IMG/VR virus record: IMGVR_UViG_3300037474_000043
DNA length: 43,512 nt
Reading direction: 5' to 3' (one strand)
Source of the DNA: a virus
The position numbers were made by a program, and so were the translations under genes. Shown here one piece after another: positions 17,265 to 25,337 of this stretch (positions are counted from its first letter, which is position 1; every line of letters begins with the position of its first letter). The notes under the pieces were generated by a model that was not told the DNA's origin, ran no database searches, and saw only the letters and a program-made list of their open reading frames with translations.

Positions 17265-17500
17265 TAATACAAGCCTCCGCCCATGCCAAACAGGCTGCCA
17301 AACCGCATCGCCAAAGACGGCTTCCCGCCACCTGGCATCTCCGGGAACCTTGACTGTCGGTATTGCAAGGCGTCACCCATTGCCGCCAGACCGCTGCCCA
17401 TGTCCACGGGCGGCGCCATGAGCGAGCTGACGATCCGTCGCTTGTGTTCGCGCGCTAGGCTGTCTGGCGCTGCGTTCCCGTCAAAGATATAGCTGTCCAT
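17264..17500 (-). CDS. small Gly/Met-rich protein (78 aa)
   Basis: ATG 17500 avoids overlap with the upstream gene. TAATG coupling downstream. Confidence 0.5.
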   Translation of the reverse strand: MDSYIFDGNAAPDSLAREHKRRIVSSLMAPPVDMGSGLAAMGDALQYRQSRFPEMPGGGKPSLAMRFGSLFGMGGGLY

Positions 17501-17513
17501 CAGGCCGGACCCC

Positions 17514-18317
17514 TCAACCAGATGCAATGATGGCGGAAGACCCGAGCCCAAACAGGCCGCCTAGCAACGAATTGCGCTGCTGCTGCATTAGGCCGTATCG
17601 GCTGAGCCGCTGGTCATAATTCGTGTTGATCAGGCCGGCGACATCCGTTGTCGGGATGGTCGGGGCGTTGATGCCCTGGAAGGAACCGTTCTTGATCTGC
17701 GACCCGGACATGAGCGCAGTGATTTCATCGATCGGCTGGTCGCGCATCATCTTCGCGGTATTCAGTCCGGTGTTGTAGCTGTCCAGCATGAACTTGTTGC
17801 GGGCGTCGGTGTTGCCAGCCGTGAGGTTGCGCATCTCACGATCATAGGCCTCTGTTCCGACCTTGATGCCCTGATTGGCAAGGCGCGTCCGCAATGCCTC
17901 GTCTCCCTGGGCCTCCCGATCGGAGTTGAGTTTGTCGTACAGTCCGCCGGCCCATGCCTCATGTTCTCCTGTGTCGTAGGAGAACGGCTTGGCCATATAG
18001 TCGCCAAGGAACTTGCTCTGATTGTTGGCGAGCTGGGCAAGGTTCTTGCTTGCAAGGCTCTGCTGGCGCAGCGTCTGGCGCTGGAGCGGGTTGAGCTTCG
18101 TGATCCGCTCCATGAGCGGGATGGAATACGTATCCTTGGTATAGGGGTCTTTCCAGTCATACGACCCCGTCTGCCGAACACGGGTGCGGCCGTAGGGCGT
18201 GATTTCGCTCGGATTGCCCAGCCATGCGTTGGCAATCGCGGTCGCAACGTTCGTGGAGGACGACGCGGAAGCGGTGTCTTGCGGATCCGGAGGGGACGGC
18301 GGCTTTGGCTTGCCCAA
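17514..18317 (-). CDS. internal virion protein (267 aa)
   Basis: Position and composition. Confidence 0.55.
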   Translation of the reverse strand: MGKPKPPSPPDPQDTASASSSTNVATAIANAWLGNPSEITPYGRTRVRQTGSYDWKDPYTKDTYSIPLMERITKLNPLQRQTLRQQSLASKNLAQLANNQSKFLGDYMAKPFSYDTGEHEAWAGGLYDKLNSDREAQGDEALRTRLANQGIKVGTEAYDREMRNLTAGNTDARNKFMLDSYNTGLNTAKMMRDQPIDEITALMSGSQIKNGSFQGINAPTIPTTDVAGLINTNYDQRLSRYGLMQQQRNSLLGGLFGLGSSAIIASG

Positions 18318-18320
18318 TGG

Positions 18321-18773
18321 CTACTCCACTTCCTTGCGATTGAACTTATTGCCCTTCCAGGCATTATCGGTCAGGACAAAGATATTTTCGGCTTCGTTGC
18401 GCCCCCGGAGACGGGGGATACGGTAGGTCTCAAACCCGTATGACATCAGCATGCGGTGAAGCGGCTTGTCGTGGTCGGAAACCCGCATCACGACGGCTTG
18501 GCAGTCACATTCGTTGAACGGATAGGAAAACATCGCCCGGAGCGTCTGGCGCGTAAGCCAACGTTTCGTGATCCCCGCCCCGGATATCTCCATGACACCG
18601 GCAGACGGTTCCCAATTATGATAGATCATGCCGGCTATGAGGTTTCCGTCCTCAATGACCGCGATGCCCTGACAGTTGCCGAAGTCTTTGCCCTCACCGG
18701 GCCAGATGATATCGGCCACCCAGATAGAGAGCTTCCTGATGTCATCCCCACGGGCCGGCGCCCATTCGATCAT
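18321..18773 (-). CDS. GNAT-like N-acetyltransferase fold protein (150 aa)
   Basis: ...RQTLRAMFSYPFNECDCQAVVMRVSDHDKPLHRMLMSYGFETYR... resembles the RimJ/RimL-type GNAT core. Confidence 0.5.
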   Translation of the reverse strand: MIEWAPARGDDIRKLSIWVADIIWPGEGKDFGNCQGIAVIEDGNLIAGMIYHNWEPSAGVMEISGAGITKRWLTRQTLRAMFSYPFNECDCQAVVMRVSDHDKPLHRMLMSYGFETYRIPRLRGRNEAENIFVLTDNAWKGNKFNRKEVE

Positions 18774-20359
18774 ACCATTACGGCCCCGGTCTCATACATC
18801 ACGTCCGTTGCGATCAGTTCCAGTTCTGGCTTTGGTGTGAAATTGCATGTCACCTGCAGCTGCAGGGAGACTGAATATCCCGTCTTCCCGATCGAGGCCC
18901 AGCGGTGATAGTTGTTGTAGGAAACGGGCGCGTCCCAGATGCCCACATCCCAGAGGCTAACATCCCACTGACCGTTGCTTGCAAAGCCGGTTCCTGCCCC
19001 CGGTGCGCTCGGAATGGTTTCGGCATAGTTGACCACGGCCGAAAGCTTGAGAACCGGGTTGAAGGTGGCCCTTACAGTCGTTCTCGCGGAATGGATGGTC
19101 TTGATTGCGCCGGGGCGCTTGAGGTGATCCGGGAGCCACATGAGCCGGCAGGTATAAGCTGCCCCGTCATCGGTCCCGCCGACTTCCATGCGGTAGACCT
19201 TGCCGGTGCTGCTGCCAAAAAAGCCCTGCCCGCCATAGTGGATGAGGCATTGGGTGTCCCAGCCGGTGAACTTCGTCCATGCGCCCGTCTCGACATTGCA
19301 GACGAAGCAATAATCGTCCGTCCCCGAGACAACGGGGAGCCCGACGACCATCATGTTGTTGGATGGCCACTTCATCAGTTCCCACGACACGAAACCACGA
19401 GCGGCGACTTCCCGCTTCCAGTCGGGTTCGATCTGCTTTGTGATAGCCGCGAGAGACAGGGCGGCAGTATCTTTGTTCACCGCTTCCGACAGAGGCACTA
19501 TGCCGTCTTCTGTGGCGATAAGAGGATCACCGCCAGCATAGGATATGGCCTTCGGCCCAAGCGGACGGCTGATCTTGTAGAGACCGACAAGGCTCCAGTT
19601 CGTCGCATCTCCTGGGTCGGTCCCTTCGAAAACGGCAACCTCTCCCGTGGTGGTGATGGCAAACCACTTGTCGTCAAGGCCGTTGCCTGCATCGATCGAC
19701 CAGCGCCCGCCCATGAGCAGCGAACCGCCTTCCTGGAACACACCCGCGAGGTTTAGCTCAGTCAAGGCGCCGTTGATGCTGTCGACGGGGGGATACCAGA
19801 CCTTCAGCGTGTTCTGCTGGATATACCACAGCCGATTGCCATAGACCCAGACGAAGGATAGTTGCTCCGGAGTCGCGAGGCCGGTGAATGTGTGCGCCGT
19901 CCATGTCGAGCCGTCGAAATAAAGCGGGGTGTCTGCTCCGTTGACGACCGAGAGAAAATCACCGCCAGCCGTTCCGAACTGGGCTGACGAATAGTACCCT
20001 GCCGTCTGGCCCACGACGCACGTATCGCGCAGCGTAGCCGTCTCATCATAGGCCGACTGCATCTCATCAGGGTCAGCAACGTTGCTGATATCCAGGATCT
20101 GCGTGTCGTCGGCTGCGAATAGAACCTCCTGAGAGCCGCTCTTATAGGTAAACAGGCACCGGACAATGTCGGATACGTTGGCATAGCGCTGTGATCCGCC
20201 ACGTACACGCACAGACGTTCTGGTCGGGAACCAGTTCTCAAGAAGGAACGCGCCCCCCGGCTTGGAATTGGCAAGTGGTTCGTTCGCTATCCAGCCACGG
20301 ACAGGCGGAACGATCGTCTCCGATCGAGAGACGACCTGCTGGCGGACAGCCTGCCTCAA
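18770..20359 (-). CDS. tail tubular / nozzle-type protein (function by position only)
   Basis: 529 aa, beta-rich, between the adaptor-position gene and the ejection proteins. Confidence 0.5.
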   Translation of the reverse strand: MRQAVRQQVVSRSETIVPPVRGWIANEPLANSKPGGAFLLENWFPTRTSVRVRGGSQRYANVSDIVRCLFTYKSGSQEVLFAADDTQILDISNVADPDEMQSAYDETATLRDTCVVGQTAGYYSSAQFGTAGGDFLSVVNGADTPLYFDGSTWTAHTFTGLATPEQLSFVWVYGNRLWYIQQNTLKVWYPPVDSINGALTELNLAGVFQEGGSLLMGGRWSIDAGNGLDDKWFAITTTGEVAVFEGTDPGDATNWSLVGLYKISRPLGPKAISYAGGDPLIATEDGIVPLSEAVNKDTAALSLAAITKQIEPDWKREVAARGFVSWELMKWPSNNMMVVGLPVVSGTDDYCFVCNVETGAWTKFTGWDTQCLIHYGGQGFFGSSTGKVYRMEVGGTDDGAAYTCRLMWLPDHLKRPGAIKTIHSARTTVRATFNPVLKLSAVVNYAETIPSAPGAGTGFASNGQWDVSLWDVGIWDAPVSYNNYHRWASIGKTGYSVSLQLQVTCNFTPKPELELIATDVMYETGAVMV

Positions 20360-21054
20360 GGTTCGATCGCCTGCGGGTAAGCCGTGCGGACATCGCTCGG
20401 CATCCTGACCTTGCCGATGCGCAGCATACGGGAGCCCTTGTCGCGCATGACCTCACGGGCCAGCGCGCTCTCGTAATTGGCCATGTCTTCGGCATAGGGC
20501 AGGCCCTTGTGAGCGCGCCACTGCCAGATCATGCCAAGCTTGAGAAGGCGCTCATTGAGGCGGAAAGAATCGTCATCGGCTTCGAACTCGGGCCTGTAGG
20601 TGTAGCCGTCCTCGTCGGCAATGAACTCGTTGGTCTGGTAGAAGTATTTTGCCGTGACGCCTGTGGCGAGCGCCGGCTTGATGTGCATCTGCCCGCCATA
20701 GATGGTCCAGGCATTGATCACGAAATCGAAGCTTTGGACATCGATCTCAAGCCACTTGTCCAGATCAGTGATCGGCGAAAGCGCAGTTTCGAGCGAAGAC
20801 GACCAGACAGACGCCTTGACCAGCATCCGGTCATAGTTGTCCGGGAGGTCGAAATCCTCCTGCTCTCCGTCGCCTTCATACTCGCAGACGGCCGAAAACT
20901 TCTGCCATTCATGGCCGGCGGCAATGCGCATGGCCATCTCATTGGCCACGCCGAGAAGTTCGACAATCTCCCGGTCGTCATTGGCAATGATCGTCGTCGG
21001 GATCTCCAACGCGATCACCTTACAGACATCTTTGCAGACCGAGAGCAGCGTCAT
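20356..21054 (-). CDS. head-tail adaptor / tail tubular protein A (function by position only)
   Basis: ATG 21054 lies 3 nt after the upstream stop. Confidence 0.5.
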   Translation of the reverse strand: MTLLSVCKDVCKVIALEIPTTIIANDDREIVELLGVANEMAMRIAAGHEWQKFSAVCEYEGDGEQEDFDLPDNYDRMLVKASVWSSSLETALSPITDLDKWLEIDVQSFDFVINAWTIYGGQMHIKPALATGVTAKYFYQTNEFIADEDGYTYRPEFEADDDSFRLNERLLKLGMIWQWRAHKGLPYAEDMANYESALAREVMRDKGSRMLRIGKVRMPSDVRTAYPQAIEP

Positions 21055-21056
21055 GG

Positions 21057-21788
21057 TCAGGCGGCCTTCTTGTCCTGCTCCAGCTTCGCATTCCATTCGT
21101 CAGCGATCTGGATAAGCTTCGGAAGACCGGTGCGGCCGTGGGGCGTCGGAGCGCCCTGCTCTTCGAGCCACAGCTTGATTGTGTCGGCGTCCCAATCGGC
21201 GAAGGGTGACTTGGTCGTGTCGTATTCGGCCGGCGCCGGATCGCTCTCGGAAGCTTTGCCCGCCATCAGCGCCTCCATGCGCTCCAGGCGAGCCTTGAGA
21301 TCGGCGTTTTCAGCTTCGAGCTTGGTATAGCCGGCATGGTCATTGACGCGGGCAAGATATTGCTCTGCCTTGGTCTTTAGATCGCGGGCGCCCATGCCAA
21401 GCTTCTGCAGGAACGTGCCGTCAAGGCCGGCAAGGCCTTCGACCGTGTAGACATTCGAGGCGTTGAGTTCCTTGATCTTCGCCTGCGACAGCCCAAGCTC
21501 TTCGAGGGGGGAGCCGGATTCGCGCATTTCCATGTTGCGCTGGAATGCCTCGTAGTGCTTCCAGAACTGCTGCGCATAGGTCAGGCGCTCGTTGGTATCA
21601 GGGTTGCGCACAGAACCGAAGCTGTGGGCCGGGGCGACGAGTTCATTGTGCTTGTCGCCGACAAACTTGATGGTCACGAATTCGACATCGTCGAAGATGG
21701 GCCGGCCTTCCGTCTGTGAGGCGGCTTCGTTCTTCACGGCTTCGACGTGGAACGTGATGTGCAGATGGGGGAAGCTGTAATCATCCAT
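21057..21788 (-). CDS. structural-module protein with a C-terminal SAP/HeH-like helix pair
   Basis: AGGAAA Shine-Dalgarno before ATG 21788. C-terminal ...WDADTIKLWLEEQGAPTPHGRTGLPKLIQIADEW. Confidence 0.5.
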   Translation of the reverse strand: MDDYSFPHLHITFHVEAVKNEAASQTEGRPIFDDVEFVTIKFVGDKHNELVAPAHSFGSVRNPDTNERLTYAQQFWKHYEAFQRNMEMRESGSPLEELGLSQAKIKELNASNVYTVEGLAGLDGTFLQKLGMGARDLKTKAEQYLARVNDHAGYTKLEAENADLKARLERMEALMAGKASESDPAPAEYDTTKSPFADWDADTIKLWLEEQGAPTPHGRTGLPKLIQIADEWNAKLEQDKKAA

Positions 21789-21854
21789 GGTGGATTTCCT
21801 GTCTGAGAGGACGCAAATGGAAAGGGGCGACCGAAGCCGCCCCAATCATCATCG

Positions 21855-22349
21855 TTAGTCGTTGGTCGTGATATCGTCGCAATACGGACGATGGATCTCG
21901 AACTCAGCGAAGCCGGCAGACGGCGTGTCGAGAGCCGACGCCCCCTTGGCCAGGTGGACCATGTCACCGTCAACGACAGCGTCATCGACCGAGCCGGCCG
22001 TGCTGGTTGCCCAGACGAGGGCATTGTCGACGTAGCCGGTAAGAGCCTTGCCGATGGCCTTGCCTTCGATCTGATACCAGCCGTACTGACTGGCAACGTT
22101 TGCCGACATGGACACCGCCACCGGGCCGATCGCATTGGCTGCGAGGAGCGTGGTGGACCAGTCGTCCGCGTTGTAGGTCACCCACGATCCGATTGCGGTG
22201 TTTGCCGCGCCCAGGAGATAGATGAACTCGCCTGCGCCATAGGTCGGGTCTTTGGCCCGGACGATGAGCCCGAGCTGATGCTTCTGCGTGGTGGAGGTGT
22301 CCGCGATCAGCTGACCGAGGAGCATGTTTTCTGCGATGGTGTAAGCCAT
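21855..22349 (-). CDS. hypothetical capsid-associated protein (164 aa)
   Basis: Immediately downstream of the major capsid gene. Confidence 0.5.
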   Translation of the reverse strand: MAYTIAENMLLGQLIADTSTTQKHQLGLIVRAKDPTYGAGEFIYLLGAANTAIGSWVTYNADDWSTTLLAANAIGPVAVSMSANVASQYGWYQIEGKAIGKALTGYVDNALVWATSTAGSVDDAVVDGDMVHLAKGASALDTPSAGFAEFEIHRPYCDDITTND

Positions 22350-22365
22350 GATTAATGTCTCCTGA

Positions 22366-23364
22366 TCACGGGCTGGAGTCGTACATCTTGGCGTTGTGCA
22401 GCGGGTTATTCATGGTCAGATTGCCAAAAAAGCCTATATGCTGAACGACAGCATCCTGGTTGATGGGCGTCTGCTTACCGCCGAACTTCACGAAGTTGCG
22501 ATCCGGGTGATAGCGGAACTTGATCGACGTGGTGTCGATGAAGTACGAGGTATTCGCCGGCATTGCCGAGCCGATGCCGCCTTCGAGCACCACGTCCACC
22601 GACTTGCCGGCGCCGTAATACTTCAGGTTGGTGAAGCCCATCTTGCCGAGTTCGTTCTCGTCATTGATGCGCTGGATGGCGACGGTCGCCGCAGTGTAGG
22701 CGATGTAGTGTTCCTGCGAACTCAGGATCACATTCGGCCCCTTGGTGCCACGGCTGCGAGCGATCATGATGTTATCGAAGATCGTCTTGACTGTGGTCGA
22801 GGTCACTGCGGTAATGCCCGAGAACGCCGAGTTGGCGTCATAGGTGGTGGTCTGCCAGATCGAGTTGGACCGGGGGATGCCGCCATAAGAGCCAGACGAC
22901 GGGGTCGTCGGGATCATCAGTTGGAAGCCGCCGATCTGGTTCGTGGCGGTGCCATCGGAATGCACATCTTCGACGAAACGGTCGATGAGTTCCGTTTCAG
23001 CCGCCATGATATGCTCTTCCATGATATCCTTGAGCTGGTTCGAGCCCGAGTTCTTCAGGATATCTTCACCCGAAAGCGTGACCGACACGGCGGCGAGCTT
23101 GGGGGTGAATTCGGCATCGTTGAACAGTTCGGCCGGCTGCGGGTTGAGGAACTGGTAGCCCGAATAACGGGTGTAGGTTCCGGACTCCGCATAAAGCAGA
23201 CGTTCGCGGATGGTTGGACCGGAGAACGTCTTGAACTGACCGCGCTTGCGCATCAGGTACAGGATGGCGTTGGAGTTCGACACAAGGTCAGCGTAACCCT
23301 GCGATCGATCTTCAAGCGCCAGCGAGAACGTCTCCTGGAGACGGTCGTTGGTGTTAAGAGCCAT
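22366..23364 (-). CDS. major capsid protein
   Basis: 332 aa, directly after the scaffold gene; sequence type recognised from podovirus capsid proteins. Confidence 0.8.
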   Translation of the reverse strand: MALNTNDRLQETFSLALEDRSQGYADLVSNSNAILYLMRKRGQFKTFSGPTIRERLLYAESGTYTRYSGYQFLNPQPAELFNDAEFTPKLAAVSVTLSGEDILKNSGSNQLKDIMEEHIMAAETELIDRFVEDVHSDGTATNQIGGFQLMIPTTPSSGSYGGIPRSNSIWQTTTYDANSAFSGITAVTSTTVKTIFDNIMIARSRGTKGPNVILSSQEHYIAYTAATVAIQRINDENELGKMGFTNLKYYGAGKSVDVVLEGGIGSAMPANTSYFIDTTSIKFRYHPDRNFVKFGGKQTPINQDAVVQHIGFFGNLTMNNPLHNAKMYDSSP

Positions 23365-23387
23365 GCTCTTTGCTCCTTAAAGGTTGA

Positions 23388-24458
23388 TCAAAGCCCAGCC
23401 GTCGCCTCGAAGGCGCGATCAAGGGCTTCACGTGCAGAGGCTGACGGTTTCCGAACGGTCGGGTTTGAGCCGCCGCTGGGAGCGCCAGACGGGGAGAGTT
23501 GACCTTTGCGTGTCTGAGACGGGTCGGTCTGTTGTGCTGCCGGGGCAGCGGTTTGAGGAACCACGATGGGGGCAGCGGCGGGGTTGAGCCGCGCGGCGAG
23601 GTCGTAGGCTTCCTTCAAGTCATTCGCTCTTCCACTGCCGAGGAAGAACTGAATATCTGTCGCCAGTTCCTGGAACCGGCTGTTGGCAGGATCGGCCGCG
23701 AATGCTTCGACCTGGTCGAGTAGCGCCTTTTCCTGCTGGGAACGGAATTGCGTGGTGACGCCGCCAACCTGCTTTTTGAGGTCGGCAATCTCAGCCTTCA
23801 ATTCGTTGATGTAGGTGTCATTCTGCTTGCCCTGCGCATCGGCAGGCTGGCCCATGACGTGTTCCGCAATCTGGCGGAGCGAATAGCCCAGGTTGCGGCT
23901 GATCTGGTCGAGGCCCTTGATCGGATCTTCCCGGAGAAGCTGCTCAATGCCGGTGTAGTGGCCAACAACCTCCTGGAACGTCTGGCCATTGGCCTTCAGC
24001 TGTCTGTCGAAGTCCTTGTAGGGCTCGAATGCAGCCTGATACTGCTGAATGCCGCCTTCCAGCTCCTTGATTGCCCTGTTGACCTCGGCTTTCACCGGCT
24101 CCGGAGCGCTGGCCCATGCTGCCTTGGCATCGGCGGAGAACCGGGATGGGGCTTCGAATGCCGTAGCCGTGGGCGCCGCTTCCTGCTTCTCTGCCGGCTC
24201 TGTTGCTTTCTCGACAGCCTTGAATGTGCCATCCGGATTGCGCTCACGCTGCCCGGTCGGCTCGGTGGTTACGTCAGTGCCGGTCTGTTCTCGCTTGTTC
24301 AGCGCCTCGAAAGCGCGATCGATTGCGCCGCGAGCGGATGTGTCGCGCTCTGGCTGCTGCGAAATCTCCGGTGCGTTGGTTTGAGCGCCATTATCGACAG
24401 GCGCGTTTGTGGACACGGGGGCGGCATCCGCCGCAACGTTCATTGCTTCGTCGGTCAT
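23388..24458 (-). CDS. scaffolding protein
   Basis: Acidic, Ala/Gln/Glu-rich helical protein between portal and capsid. Confidence 0.7.
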   Translation of the reverse strand: MTDEAMNVAADAAPVSTNAPVDNGAQTNAPEISQQPERDTSARGAIDRAFEALNKREQTGTDVTTEPTGQRERNPDGTFKAVEKATEPAEKQEAAPTATAFEAPSRFSADAKAAWASAPEPVKAEVNRAIKELEGGIQQYQAAFEPYKDFDRQLKANGQTFQEVVGHYTGIEQLLREDPIKGLDQISRNLGYSLRQIAEHVMGQPADAQGKQNDTYINELKAEIADLKKQVGGVTTQFRSQQEKALLDQVEAFAADPANSRFQELATDIQFFLGSGRANDLKEAYDLAARLNPAAAPIVVPQTAAPAAQQTDPSQTRKGQLSPSGAPSGGSNPTVRKPSASAREALDRAFEATAGL

Positions 24459-24483
24459 GGGTTTTCCGTCTGAGGGAGTGTGT

Positions 24484-24834
24484 TTAGGCGCCGAAACCCG
24501 TCTGGCTCATGGCCTTGCCAACCGCTGCCTTGATGGCCTGCCGGTCTGGCTTGGGTTTCTTGTAGGGCTTGGGGTTCATCACGCTGCTGTCGTTGCCCAG
24601 TTCGACGTAGCGCTTTCCTTCCTTGTTGCCGGAAGGCATGTAGGTGGCCCGGAGAGCCGATTTGCTGGTGTAATACTGCCCGTCCACCATGCTTTGCGTC
24701 GGCTCCATCGTGTCTCCGATGAGCATGGGAGCAGGAATGTCGGATTGAGCCAGATTGCGCTCGGGCAGGCAATTGTGAGGCCAGCGTTCAACCTCATGCC
24801 AACCGCCACAGACGCGGCAGAGACGCTCACGCAT
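24484..24834 (-). CDS. hypothetical protein (116 aa)
   Basis: ATG 24834 gives an 8-nt overlap with the upstream stop. CRVCGGWH motif. Confidence 0.5.
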   Translation of the reverse strand: MRERLCRVCGGWHEVERWPHNCLPERNLAQSDIPAPMLIGDTMEPTQSMVDGQYYTSKSALRATYMPSGNKEGKRYVELGNDSSVMNPKPYKKPKPDRQAIKAAVGKAMSQTGFGA

Positions 24835-25099
24835 TGCGGCTGAGTTCCCCGATCTTGGCCTTGATCTCGGCAAGCGTGGTCAACCCATTGCAGGCTTCGA
24901 CCATCTCAGCCTTCTTCGAGAACGGATGGCGCATTGTGCCCCTGGCTAGGAATTCTTCGCCGTTGACCACTTCGAGCACGCCGACGCGGTCCAGACCGGC
25001 CGCGTTGAATGTCGAAATCGCCACCGCCTTTTTCACTGGCTTCTTGGCTGGCTTCTTGGCTGGCTTCACAGGTGCGGCTGCTTTCTTTGCCATGTCCAT
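24827..25099 (-). CDS. protein with a Lys/Ala/Pro-rich histone-H1-like N-terminus
   Basis: AKKAAAPVKPAKKPAKKPVKKA encoded by a 12-nt tandem repeat. Confidence 0.55.
   Translation of the reverse strand: MDMAKKAAAPVKPAKKPAKKPVKKAVAISTFNAAGLDRVGVLEVVNGEEFLARGTMRHPFSKKAEMVEACNGLTTLAEIKAKIGELSRNA
25036..25069. repeat. 12-nt tandem repeat (ctggcttcttgg x2.8)
   Basis: Read directly. Confidence 0.85.
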
Positions 25100-25103
25100 A
25101 TCC

Positions 25104-25337
25104 TCAGTAGAGCGCCCGTAGGCCGGTGCCAGACGTGCATTTGATGATGCCGAACGGATAGACCTGCCCGCCTACGAGCGTGAGCGTGTCGGTCGAGCCA
25201 TCGGCAAACGTCAGATCGAAACTGCCGCTTGCATTGATGAAGATACCGCGCGTCTCAGCGAAGGCGGTGGGACCGGCTGTGATGGCCACGATACGGGTTG
25301 CCGGCACGATCTGCGCCGCATGGGGGAGATTGCTCAT
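25104..25337 (-). CDS. hypothetical protein (77 aa)
   Basis: ATGA overlap with the portal stop. Confidence 0.55.
   Translation of the reverse strand: MSNLPHAAQIVPATRIVAITAGPTAFAETRGIFINASGSFDLTFADGSTDTLTLVGGQVYPFGIIKCTSGTGLRALY

Noticed and set aside
17762-18364. A 200-aa alternative-frame ORF overlapping the 267-aa internal virion gene.
   Set aside because: Pro/Arg/Ser-rich shadow frame on the same strand. The 267-aa frame has a coupled start and protein-like composition.
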